The notes below the pieces were generated by a model. That model saw nothing but the letters and a program-made list of their open reading frames with translations, was not told the origin of the DNA and searched no databases. From NCBI GenBank assembly GCA_050293845.1, contig JBNKNM010000049.1, positions 1 to 29,932 of the forward strand: a stretch of 29,932 bases of DNA, written 5' to 3'. This document shows positions 10,137-18,903 of this stretch, in pieces. Source of the stretch: Pseudobacteriovorax sp. GTDB lineage: Bacteria; Bdellovibrionota_B; Oligoflexia; Oligoflexales; Oligoflexaceae. The translations under genes were made by a program, and so were the position numbers. Within the stretch, counting starts at the first letter, position 1, and every line of letters starts with the position of its first letter.

Positions 10137-10154
10137 GACAGGAGGTCATGGATG
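10137..10154 (+). promoter_or_regulatory. Candidate CsrA-binding GGA sites over the flagellin RBS and start codon
   Basis: GAC-AGGAG-GTC mini-hairpin followed by CATGGATG, which overlaps the ATG at 10152. Confidence 0.4.
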
Positions 10155-11078
10155 GGTCTAAGAATAAGGACCAACGTAGCATCGATTAACGCCCAACGGC
10201 GACTTGAAAGAGCCACCCAGGCGGTATCAGATTCCGCTGGAAAGCTATCGTCTGGTAAACGAATCAACAAAGCAGCAGACGATGCAGCGGGTCTTGCCAT
10301 TGCATCCAACCTAAATGCTGATGTTCGTTCACTGGTACAAGCAAGGCGTAATGCGAACGATGGTATATCATTAGTACAAACAGCTGAGGGCGGCTTGGTT
10401 GAAACAACGAGTATGCTCACTCGCCTGCGGGAGTTAGCCGTACAAGCAGCCAGTGACACCGTTGGCCAAACAGAGCGTAATTTTCTCGACAAGGAGTTTG
10501 TAGCTCTCAAGGACGAAATCGATAGGATTGCTAACTCGGTCGAATTCAATGGAACTCGTTTACTAGTAGGTGATGCTGATATTAATGAGGAAATTGCCAA
10601 CGCCGATGGTACATTTCCTCTTGAGGTTCAAATCAGTAAAGACTACTACCAGGAAGTTGATGATGTCAATGAGCGTAATCAGGTCAATATAATCAAAATT
10701 GATTTCGCCAATATCAATGGCTTTACCGATGGTGAAGGCAGCCTAGGAATTGGGCGTGCCTATGAAGGAACCCGCGTCGATGGGAAAGAAGTTGCTCAGA
10801 ACAGCATCATGAAACTTGATGATGCCATCATTAAGGTCAGCGATTACCGCGCTTACTTAGGGTCGATTCAAAATCGACTTGGATCAACAATCAATAACTT
10901 AGGGGTTCAGGTTGAAAACCTCACGACTGCTCGCAGTCGCATTGAAGACACAGACTTCGCTCAAGAAACAGCGCGATTTACGTCAGAAAACATCTTGCAG
11001 CAAGCTGGAGCTTCTATACTCTCCCAAGCTAACTCCTTCCCACAAACAGCACTCAGCCTAGTCCAAAATCTCGGCTAG
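10152..11078 (+). CDS. fliC: Flagellin
   Basis: N-terminal [19 protein letters not shown] and [15 protein letters not shown]-terminal [26 protein letters not shown]. Confidence 0.97.
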   Translation: MGLRIRTNVASINAQRRLERATQAVSDSAGKLSSGKRINKAADDAAGLAIASNLNADVRSLVQARRNANDGISLVQTAEGGLVETTSMLTRLRELAVQAASDTVGQTERNFLDKEFVALKDEIDRIANSVEFNGTRLLVGDADINEEIANADGTFPLEVQISKDYYQEVDDVNERNQVNIIKIDFANINGFTDGEGSLGIGRAYEGTRVDGKEVAQNSIMKLDDAIIKVSDYRAYLGSIQNRLGSTINNLGVQVENLTTARSRIEDTDFAQETARFTSENILQQAGASILSQANSFPQTALSLVQNLG

Positions 11079-11093
11079 TTCGCAATTCCTATG

Positions 11094-11126
11094 CAAGGGT
11101 TTAGAACATAAAGTTCTAAACCCTTG
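11094..11126. terminator. Hairpin between convergent fliC and gltD, probably a bidirectional terminator
   Basis: Perfect 14-bp stem CAAGGGTTTAGAAC/GTTCTAAACCCTTG with loop ATAAA. U-tracts are weak. Confidence 0.7.
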
Positions 11127-11148
11127 GTATACTCTTCTCAACATCGAA

Positions 11149-12597
11149 CTAAGACAGCCTTAAAAAATTATCGATAGATGAAGCTGCTTTCCTACCTTCA
11201 GCGATCGCCCACACTACTAGGGACTGTCCCCTTCGCATATCACCTGCAGAAAAAATCCCAGGTATTGATGTTTGGTAATCTAGTTCGGAAGCATCCACAT
11301 TGCCTCGCGCCGATAGCTGGATGCCAGCATCTGCCACAAATCCTTCCGTTTCAGGTCCTAAAAAGCCTACTGCCAGCAATGCCATCTGACAGGGCCACTT
11401 GACTTCACTACCGAGAATGGGCTCCAGCTTTTGGTTATTGCCATCCTTAACCCAGCGTACATTTTGAGTCACTAGGGCTTTTAAGCTACCATTCTCATCA
11501 CCAATAAACTCTTTGGTCATCATTGCCCAGTGCCTTTCGGCGCCTTCTTCATGAGATGTTGAAGTGCGTAGCATATAGGGCCAGCTAGGCCATGGTGTGG
11601 ACTCTGGCCGTTCTGCAGCTCGTGGATGTGGACCTAGATTGGGAGGCATAGGCATTATTTCAAACTGCTGAATGGAGCGCGCTTGCTGCCGATTAGAGGT
11701 TCCCACACAGTCCGAACCAGTATCGCCACCACCAATAACAATAACATCTTTCCCTGTGGCTATAACGGGCTCACTAACTATCTCATCGCCAAGCACACGT
11801 CGTGTGGATTGATTGAGTATAGCATCTGCAAAATAGATACCTTTAAGATGCCTTCCTGGAATGGTTACATCTCTTTTTTTGGTAGCACCACAGGTAAGCA
11901 AAACAGCATCATGTTCACTTTTAAGTTCATGAAATGATTTATCTCTACCAATTTCAGTATTATAAACGAAAGAAACACCTTCATCCTCTATCTGCTGGAT
12001 GCGGCGTAAAACACGGCTTTTCTCCAGTTTAAAATCTGGGATACCATACATAAGTAAGCCACCCGCTCTATCAGCCCTTTCAAATATGGTTACTCTATGT
12101 CCCATCCGATTCAACTGCTGTGCTGCTGCAAGGCCAGCAGGTCCGCTACCAACAATGGCTACCGTTTTACCCGTACGAATAGCGGGAGGCTCCGGCTTGA
12201 TCCAGTCATTGGCAAAACCCTTGTCAGCAATGGCCATCTCGATGGCTTCTATAGCAACTGGATCTTCATTGATACCTAATACGCAAGCTGTCTCACAGGG
12301 AGCCGGACATACTCGCCCTGTGAACTCGGGGAAATTATTAGTACTATGAAGTACTTTAAGGGCTTGTTGCCATTGCTCTACCGAAACCAAATGATTCCAC
12401 TCAGGGATAATATTGCCTAGGGGACATCCCTGGTGGCAAAAAGGAACTCCACAATCCATACAGCGTGCGCCCTGTTTTCTAAGGCTGTCACCGTCCAAAC
12501 TTTGGGTAAATTCCCGATAATGCTTTAGCCTTTGCTCCACTGGCTGCTTATGCGGCACCACTCTCTTATACTTTAAAAAACCTGTTAGTTCACCCAT
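11149..12597 (-). CDS. gltD: Glutamate synthase small subunit
   Basis: RCMDCGVPFC, GCPLGNIIP, NNFPEFTGRVCPAPC, GSGPAG, IGGGDTGSDC, GDMRRGQSLVVWAI. Start corrected to MGELTGF (12597), which follows AAGGAGG. Confidence 0.96.
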   Translation of the reverse strand: MGELTGFLKYKRVVPHKQPVEQRLKHYREFTQSLDGDSLRKQGARCMDCGVPFCHQGCPLGNIIPEWNHLVSVEQWQQALKVLHSTNNFPEFTGRVCPAPCETACVLGINEDPVAIEAIEMAIADKGFANDWIKPEPPAIRTGKTVAIVGSGPAGLAAAQQLNRMGHRVTIFERADRAGGLLMYGIPDFKLEKSRVLRRIQQIEDEGVSFVYNTEIGRDKSFHELKSEHDAVLLTCGATKKRDVTIPGRHLKGIYFADAILNQSTRRVLGDEIVSEPVIATGKDVIVIGGGDTGSDCVGTSNRQQARSIQQFEIMPMPPNLGPHPRAAERPESTPWPSWPYMLRTSTSHEEGAERHWAMMTKEFIGDENGSLKALVTQNVRWVKDGNNQKLEPILGSEVKWPCQMALLAVGFLGPETEGFVADAGIQLSARGNVDASELDYQTSIPGIFSAGDMRRGQSLVVWAIAEGRKAASSIDNFLRLS

Positions 12598-15500
12598 GGA
12601 TACCTCCTTGTCCGCATAAATTAGTATCACAGGTCGATTCAAAGGAAAGAGCCCCCACCCCCACATGCGACATCTGATAAAGACGTCGGGGGGATGCTAG
12701 CTTCAGAGCTTCCCGATATGCAGTCGGCATAACTCTCACAAATTTCACCAACTCAAGTTCCCAATCATCCAAAATTCTTTGAGCAACCCTACTCTTGGTG
12801 TAAAGCCAATGGTCATGAATAAGGGATTTTACCAAGTGCACTTCATCGGTATCCGACAAGTGTTCTAACTCTACGAGTTCCATATTTACCTGACTAGAAA
12901 ATTGTCCATATTCATCATAAACATAGGCGATACCACCGCTCATACCAGCACCAAAGTTACGTCCCGTAGACCCTAGGATGACCACGCGCCCTCCAGTCAT
13001 ATATTCACAGCAATGATCACCAGCACCTTCTGCGACAGCAATGGCACCGCTATTTCTCACAGCAAACCTTTCTCCGGCGATACCTGATATATACAACTCG
13101 CCCGATGTCGCTCCGTAAAGTGTGGTGTTACCGCAAATGATATTACGTTCCGGCTCCAAAATCGATTTTTCCGGTGGCCTGACAATGATCTTGGCACCAC
13201 TGAGTCCTTTGCCACAATAGTCATTGACTTCACCTGCAACCGTTGCAGTAATGCCTGGTGCACCAAAAGCCAAGAAGCTTTGCCCCGCAGCACCTTTGAA
13301 GTTCAGCTGGATGGTGTTCTCTTTAAGCCCTTTGATTCCATAGATTTTTGTCAGTTCACCCGATAATATGGTGCCCACGGTCCGATCCGTATTATTGATG
13401 GGTAAGTCTAGGGACATTGCTTTACCAAGTTTGAGAGCATCCCATAATTTTGGCAGTAGCACTCTGTTATCCAGGCTATCTTGCAATTTATGATCTTGAT
13501 CTTGAGATTTAAAGACTCGCTCATGGTTCCATGGTTGAGGAGGGGATAGAATATTATCAAAATTAATCAAGCTAGCCTTGTCGTGGCAGCTATCTTTATT
13601 GACCTCTAGCAGATCCGTTCTACCTATGAGGTGATCTACCTTTGTGATTCCTAGCTCTGCCATAATTTCCCGTAAACCCTCTGCCAACAATATAAAGTAA
13701 TTGATCAGATGTTCAGGCTGTCCAGCAAAGCGCTTGCGCAATTCCTTATTCTGGGTTGCAATGCCAACGGGGCAGGTATTCAAATGACATTTCCTCATCA
13801 TAATACATCCCAGCACCACCAAAGCTCCTGTACCTATGCTCCACTCTTCTGCACCTAACATAGCCGCTATAGCTATATCTCGTGGAGTTCTTAGTTGGCC
13901 ATCGGTTTGGAGGGTTACCCGGCTACGCAAGCCATTTTCCACAAGGGTACGATGAGTATCAGAAAGTCCCAGTTCCCAGGGTACTCCTGCATGCTTTATG
14001 GACGAAATGGGACTGGCCCCAGTTCCACCTTCATATCCAGAGATTAGAATGACATCGCTTTTCGCTTTCGCCACACCTGCTGCAATAGTTCCCACCCCCA
14101 CTGCCGAAACTAACTTTACGCTGATGCGCGCCTTAGGGTTCGCATTTTTTAGGTCATGAATAAGTTGGGCAAGATCCTCAATGGAATAAATATCGTGATG
14201 AGGGGGGGGAGAAATCAAGGCAACTCCTGGAGTACTATGACGAACAGTAGCAATTGCCTTGTCCACCTTATGCCCTGGTAGCTGCCCCCCTTCCCCTGGT
14301 TTTGCTCCTTGGGCAATTTTAATCTGAATTTCTTCAGCATTAGATAAATAGTTGATAGTTACTCCAAAACGGCCACTGGCAACTTGTTTGATAGCACTAC
14401 GGCGAAGGTCTCCATTGTCGTCCGGAATAAATCGTCTTTCATCTTCACCACCCTCACCAGAGTTGCTTTTACCTCCTAAACGATTCATTGCTATAGCAAT
14501 AGTTTCATGGGCTTCCCTGGAGATAGATCCAAAAGACATGGCACCGGTAGCAAAACGCTTCAGGATACTACTGACCGGCTCAACTTGATCAATGTCCAAG
14601 GGCTTATTTGTTTTTTTAAATTGCAACAGACTGCGCAGCGTGATATTGGCCCGTGATTGATCGTCAACTGTTTTACAGTACTTGGCAAACTCTTCACGGC
14701 TGCTAATACGTGTCGCGTTTTGTAAAGTGGAAATCATATCAGGGCCGTGAAGGTGGGTTTCACCATCGCGACGCCAGGCATATTTGCCATCACTGGGAAG
14801 ATTTTTATTTTGAAAGCGTTCATACCTTACAATAGTTTCTTTTTCCAAATCTTCTAACCGCAATCCTCCAATCCTAGTAGGCGTCCAGGTAAAATATTCA
14901 TCCACCAAGTCCTGACTCAAACCGACTGCTTCGAAAATTTGCGCCCCCCGGTAGGATTGAATAGTCGATATCCCCATCTTTGACATGACCTTTAACAGAC
15001 CCTTGTTCACAGCTTTAATATAGTTAGATTGCATAGTTGGAAAGCTAAGATCCTGGCTTAAACCATCAACAGCACTCGCGTTTCTAATGGTTTCAAAAAC
15101 CAGATAAGGATTAATAGCTGAGATCCCATAACCTAGTAGCAAACAAAAATGATGGACTTCCCGAGGTTCTCCAGATTCTAAAATCAGACTACACTTAGTC
15201 CTTGTCCCTTTGCTGATAAGATGATGATGGACAGCAGATGACACCAATAAACTAGGAAGAGCTATTTCATCATGGGGAAGGTTACGATCGGATAAAATGA
15301 GCAAACTCGCCCCTGCATCGATAGCATCATCAACGAGGTCTGCGATCTTTTTTAACGCCTCTTTCATTCCACCAGCTCTTGGCTGAAATCCAATGGGAAT
15401 CAGTCGCGACTGAAACCTATCATCATCTAATCGCCTGATACGTAGCAGATCATAATTGGTAAGAATCGGCTGCTTCAAGCGGATCATTTGGCAGTGATAT

Positions 15501-17176
15501 TCCTCTTCAACCATCAAGTTGAACTCAGCACCTAAGGTAGTACTAAGGGAAGTGACAATTTCCTCACGGATCGCATCAATAGGAGGGTTTGTCACCTGAG
15601 CGAAAAGCTGCTTAAAATACTCAAACAATAAGGGAGATTTACGAGACAAGATAGCAATGGGGGTATCATTGCCCATAGATCCGATGGGCTCAGTTCCCTC
15701 ATTGGCCATTGGTGCTATAATGACTTGCAGATCTTCTTTGGTAAACGCAAAATTCATTTGCTGTTGTATAATTTCTGTCTCGGTTAATGCCCCTTCCCCT
15801 TGATTCACTGGGATTGGTAAGTCTGAGAGTTTCACACGGTAAGAGTTTAGCCATTGTCCGTAAGGATTTGCTTTCATCAGCTCACTTTTGATGGACTCGT
15901 TCGAACGAATTTCACCTGCATCCATATCGACAATGAACATGCGACCTGGTCTTAAGCGTCCTTTATAAATAATATTTTCGGAGTCAATATCTAACAGACC
16001 GGCTTCAGAGCCCATAATAACCATACCATCCGCTGTCAGCCAATACCTGCCTGGACGAAGACCGTTGCGATCCAATAAAGCACCCACTTGATTGCCAAAT
16101 GCAAACCCAACGAAAGCCGGCCCATCCCATGGCTCCATAAGACACGACTGGTATTCATAGTAATCGCGCAGTTCTCGGGAAAGCTCGGGCCTATTTTCCC
16201 AAGGTTCCGGTATCAACATACTGAGAACCTGACTCAAGGGGCGACCAGTATGCAATAAAAACTCTATGGCGTTATCAAGGATTGCCGAATCACTAGCAAA
16301 TGGAGTTACCACACTGCCAATTTTTTTTAGATCGTCGCCACGCACACTGCACTGCAATTGCTCCTGACGCGCTCGCATCCAGTTAATATTTCCGCGTAAT
16401 GTATTAATTTCACCATTATGCCCAATCATGCGGAAAGGCTGCGCCAAAGGCCAGGAGGGCATCGTATTGGTACTAAACCTTTGGTGAACTAGGGAAAATG
16501 TTGCTGTAAATGAGTCCTGTTCTAAATCAGTGTAATATGCAGATATCAGATGGGAAAGCAATAAGCCCTTATAGACAATTTTATCAGGAGACAAACTACA
16601 AAAGTAGATTTGCTTTTGATCATCACCGAGATTATTCCGGGCTCTTACTTCGATGATTTTTCTAATGACAAAAAGCCGCCACAGAAATTGCTGGTGACTT
16701 AAAAGACGGGGTTTTCTGATAAATATTTGCTTAATGGCAGGTTCCGAAGCAGCTGCAATGGGTCCCAGCACAGAGGAATCCACAGGCACATCACGCCAGC
16801 CCAAAACTTCACAGTTCTCTTCATCGACAACCTCTTCTATGAGGGCAATGGACCAGGCTAGAAGATTCGGGTCTTTTGGTAAAAAAAGCTGTCCTACCCC
16901 ATACTTACCAGGGTCTGGTAGCTTAAAACCAAGTTTCTGACATTGGTCATTAAAATAACTATGAGGCATCCCCAGCATAACCCCTGCGCCATCGCTTGTT
17001 TTTCCATCCGCTGCCAGCCCTCCGCGATGGTCAAGACGACTCAACATTGTGAGTCCTCCAGCAACAATCTTGTGACTTGCCACCCCTTTTACAGATGCAA
17101 CAAACCCAACTCCACAGGCATCTCTTTGCGTAAGTCTGGGATCTTCAAAAAAACGCAACTGCTCATTTTTTCTCAT
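12590..17176 (-). CDS. gltB: Glutamate synthase large subunit
   Basis: DACGVGF Ntn cysteine, HQRFSTNT, HNGEINT, EPWDGPA, AMSFGSIS, SGEGGE, KPGEGGQLPG, GCIMMRKCHLNTCPVG, C-terminal GXGXG repeats. Confidence 0.98.
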   Translation of the reverse strand: MRKNEQLRFFEDPRLTQRDACGVGFVASVKGVASHKIVAGGLTMLSRLDHRGGLAADGKTSDGAGVMLGMPHSYFNDQCQKLGFKLPDPGKYGVGQLFLPKDPNLLAWSIALIEEVVDEENCEVLGWRDVPVDSSVLGPIAAASEPAIKQIFIRKPRLLSHQQFLWRLFVIRKIIEVRARNNLGDDQKQIYFCSLSPDKIVYKGLLLSHLISAYYTDLEQDSFTATFSLVHQRFSTNTMPSWPLAQPFRMIGHNGEINTLRGNINWMRARQEQLQCSVRGDDLKKIGSVVTPFASDSAILDNAIEFLLHTGRPLSQVLSMLIPEPWENRPELSRELRDYYEYQSCLMEPWDGPAFVGFAFGNQVGALLDRNGLRPGRYWLTADGMVIMGSEAGLLDIDSENIIYKGRLRPGRMFIVDMDAGEIRSNESIKSELMKANPYGQWLNSYRVKLSDLPIPVNQGEGALTETEIIQQQMNFAFTKEDLQVIIAPMANEGTEPIGSMGNDTPIAILSRKSPLLFEYFKQLFAQVTNPPIDAIREEIVTSLSTTLGAEFNLMVEEEYHCQMIRLKQPILTNYDLLRIRRLDDDRFQSRLIPIGFQPRAGGMKEALKKIADLVDDAIDAGASLLILSDRNLPHDEIALPSLLVSSAVHHHLISKGTRTKCSLILESGEPREVHHFCLLLGYGISAINPYLVFETIRNASAVDGLSQDLSFPTMQSNYIKAVNKGLLKVMSKMGISTIQSYRGAQIFEAVGLSQDLVDEYFTWTPTRIGGLRLEDLEKETIVRYERFQNKNLPSDGKYAWRRDGETHLHGPDMISTLQNATRISSREEFAKYCKTVDDQSRANITLRSLLQFKKTNKPLDIDQVEPVSSILKRFATGAMSFGSISREAHETIAIAMNRLGGKSNSGEGGEDERRFIPDDNGDLRRSAIKQVASGRFGVTINYLSNAEEIQIKIAQGAKPGEGGQLPGHKVDKAIATVRHSTPGVALISPPPHHDIYSIEDLAQLIHDLKNANPKARISVKLVSAVGVGTIAAGVAKAKSDVILISGYEGGTGASPISSIKHAGVPWELGLSDTHRTLVENGLRSRVTLQTDGQLRTPRDIAIAAMLGAEEWSIGTGALVVLGCIMMRKCHLNTCPVGIATQNKELRKRFAGQPEHLINYFILLAEGLREIMAELGITKVDHLIGRTDLLEVNKDSCHDKASLINFDNILSPPQPWNHERVFKSQDQDHKLQDSLDNRVLLPKLWDALKLGKAMSLDLPINNTDRTVGTILSGELTKIYGIKGLKENTIQLNFKGAAGQSFLAFGAPGITATVAGEVNDYCGKGLSGAKIIVRPPEKSILEPERNIICGNTTLYGATSGELYISGIAGERFAVRNSGAIAVAEGAGDHCCEYMTGGRVVILGSTGRNFGAGMSGGIAYVYDEYGQFSSQVNMELVELEHLSDTDEVHLVKSLIHDHWLYTKSRVAQRILDDWELELVKFVRVMPTAYREALKLASPRRLYQMSHVGVGALSFESTCDTNLCGQGGIHG

Positions 17177-17299
17177 AATTCACCTCGGTTAAGCGATAAT
17201 CAGAAAGTAACGAATTAGGCATTTCGACAAGCTGATGAGCTTTGTTGGCTCGAAGTTTCTCTTGCTACTAAACATGAATTGCTTAAAACTCAGTTAATA

Positions 17300-17617
17300 T
17301 CAATGTTTGCTAAAAATATTGGTTGAATACGTTGTTCCAATCTTCGTCCGCGAAAGCGTTGCTTTAGAGTTTGACTTTTCATTAAAGATTGGCGTGCAAC
17401 TGAAAGATTCGTATAGAGCTTTAGAAAGTAACTTGAGAAAGGTCACAGAGTACCATGCGATAGTTAAGCGGCTGGACCTATAATGAACCCATGCCTCCCA
17501 GGCTAATAAACCCTGGTTATTGCCACCGGGTGGACCCTCATCCCCAATGCCCCAAACCCCCTTAATACGAATACAGGTGCTTGAGGCTAGCTTCTTCCAC
17601 CTAAAATAAGTAGACAT
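17300..17617 (-). CDS. Possible leader ORF upstream of gltB (105 aa, unknown function)
   Basis: RBS GGAGAG-CTT-ATG, about 55 nt downstream of a predicted sigma70 start site. No recognisable domain. Confidence 0.3.
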   Translation of the reverse strand: MSTYFRWKKLASSTCIRIKGVWGIGDEGPPGGNNQGLLAWEAWVHYRSSRLTIAWYSVTFLKLLSKALYESFSCTPIFNEKSNSKATLSRTKIGTTYSTNIFSKH

Positions 17618-17678
17618 AAGCTCTCCAATATCAGTCGGTCGATTACCTAAAAATTGTTACATTACAACTGAGGATTGC

Positions 17679-17708
17679 AGTATACCAACGTGAATATATA
17701 ATAAGCAA
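17679..17708 (-). promoter_or_regulatory. Sigma70-type promoter facing gltB
   Basis: Minus strand TTGCTT-N18-TATACT with extended -10 TG (TGG-TATACT). Confidence 0.55.
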
Positions 17709-18129
17709 GCTCCCATAATGGCGCCCCTATGGGTAGCATACCCGTTTTTCGTGAATATTCGCCTTTTAAAGCAGTAATATGCAATTCTCCTGGAAACTTA
17801 GCCACTTCGATGGAATAACATTAACATGTTGAAATAAGTTAATAAATTGTCATACCTCTCCTGTCATGGGATGGACTCACATACCGAATGGTAGTATTCA
17901 TATTATGCGGATATTTTTGTTTAATATGTGGGAAAAATTGCTAATAATTTAAGGAGTCTTTACCAGGCTAATACGCTTTTTTCAGGATAAATGATGTAAT
18001 ATTCCTACATACATCTCTCATGAGAAGAGAAAAAAGTACATAGTAGTAGAAGTCAACCCCTCTTTTTTCAATTTTTTTCAACTCAATGAAGAATTCTGGA
18101 AACAAGCAACTACGGACCGCTTCAAATCG

Positions 18130-18903
18130 CTATTTCACTGATCTTTTCCGAACAGCCCAATCAACGTTCTGTGATGTCCAATCAAAAAAGCGCTTTTGCT
18201 TACCAAAGGCTTTACCTTTTAGAAGAATATCTTTGGCTTGCCATGATTTCATTACATTAGCATCTTGCGTCCACACTCTGACCCGATTGCGGGGAACATC
18301 ATTTTGCCAGTGGCTTCCAGAAGATGCCGACGTATACAATACCCTTACAGTAATTTTTCTGCTCAAGTTTTCTAAAGGCTTCAATTTGAGGCTTCTATAA
18401 TTATGCTTGCCATTTACTTTTGGAGCATCAGGGATACCATCACTAAGTAGTATAATATCTGTTGGTTTCATCACTAACTTCTTATTCCTCATAAATATCG
18501 CCACCTGATCAAAGAACGCGTTGTAATCAGTGTATTGATTGCTTTTCTTTTCTGGGAAGATGGATTTGAGTTTTCTATGGATATCAGGAATACTCTTATA
18601 TTTAAAGTCCTCTATAGGATAAAATGTTTTTGGTTCATCGGGTCTTGCTCCTCCGATTGAACCAACAAAAAGAGATCGCAAACGTTTTAATCCTCCACAA
18701 CCATGGAGGTGAGCATACATATAATGAGAAGTGAAATTCAACGCATCGGCTCGTAATTTTTTAAAGGAGCCGCTGATATCGACTCCTATGAACATCACAA
18801 GACTTCCCCGACTATCAGAGTCCGATTTATGATCGCAATCCTTACTAGCCCAAGCCTGTGACCCCATTAACCAAGAGATCAAGATGGCAAAAATTATTTT
18901 CAT
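18130..18903 (-). CDS. Secreted VWA-like (MIDAS) protein
   Basis: Signal peptide ending SQAWA, FIGVDISGS (DxSxS), YTD, and IILLSDG, the MIDAS pattern. Start overlaps the upstream stop (TAATG). Confidence 0.7.
   Translation of the reverse strand: MKIIFAILISWLMGSQAWASKDCDHKSDSDSRGSLVMFIGVDISGSFKKLRADALNFTSHYMYAHLHGCGGLKRLRSLFVGSIGGARPDEPKTFYPIEDFKYKSIPDIHRKLKSIFPEKKSNQYTDYNAFFDQVAIFMRNKKLVMKPTDIILLSDGIPDAPKVNGKHNYRSLKLKPLENLSRKITVRVLYTSASSGSHWQNDVPRNRVRVWTQDANVMKSWQAKDILLKGKAFGKQKRFFDWTSQNVDWAVRKRSVK

Noticed and set aside
10061..10600. 179-aa antisense ORF over flagellin, and similar antisense or nested ORFs within aceB, hflX, gltD, gltB, tauE and tetR
   Set aside because: Shadow frames of well-supported genes, with no independent motifs.
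12598..12666. N-terminal extension of gltD in the ORF track
   Set aside because: It overlaps gltB, and a strong SD (AAGGAGG) supports ATG at 12597.
17233..17255. CTGATGAG...CGAAG hammerhead-like core
   Set aside because: GAAG instead of GAAA, stem II out of register, and no convincing stems I/III.
17498..17973. 11-bp direct repeat CCAGGCTAATA (17498 and 17963) as a target-site duplication
   Set aside because: No terminal repeats or transposase between the copies. A single 11-mer match in about 1 kb can arise by chance.
18028..18056. Minus-strand TTGACT with upstream A-tracts as a promoter
   Set aside because: No acceptable -10 hexamer at 16-18 nt.
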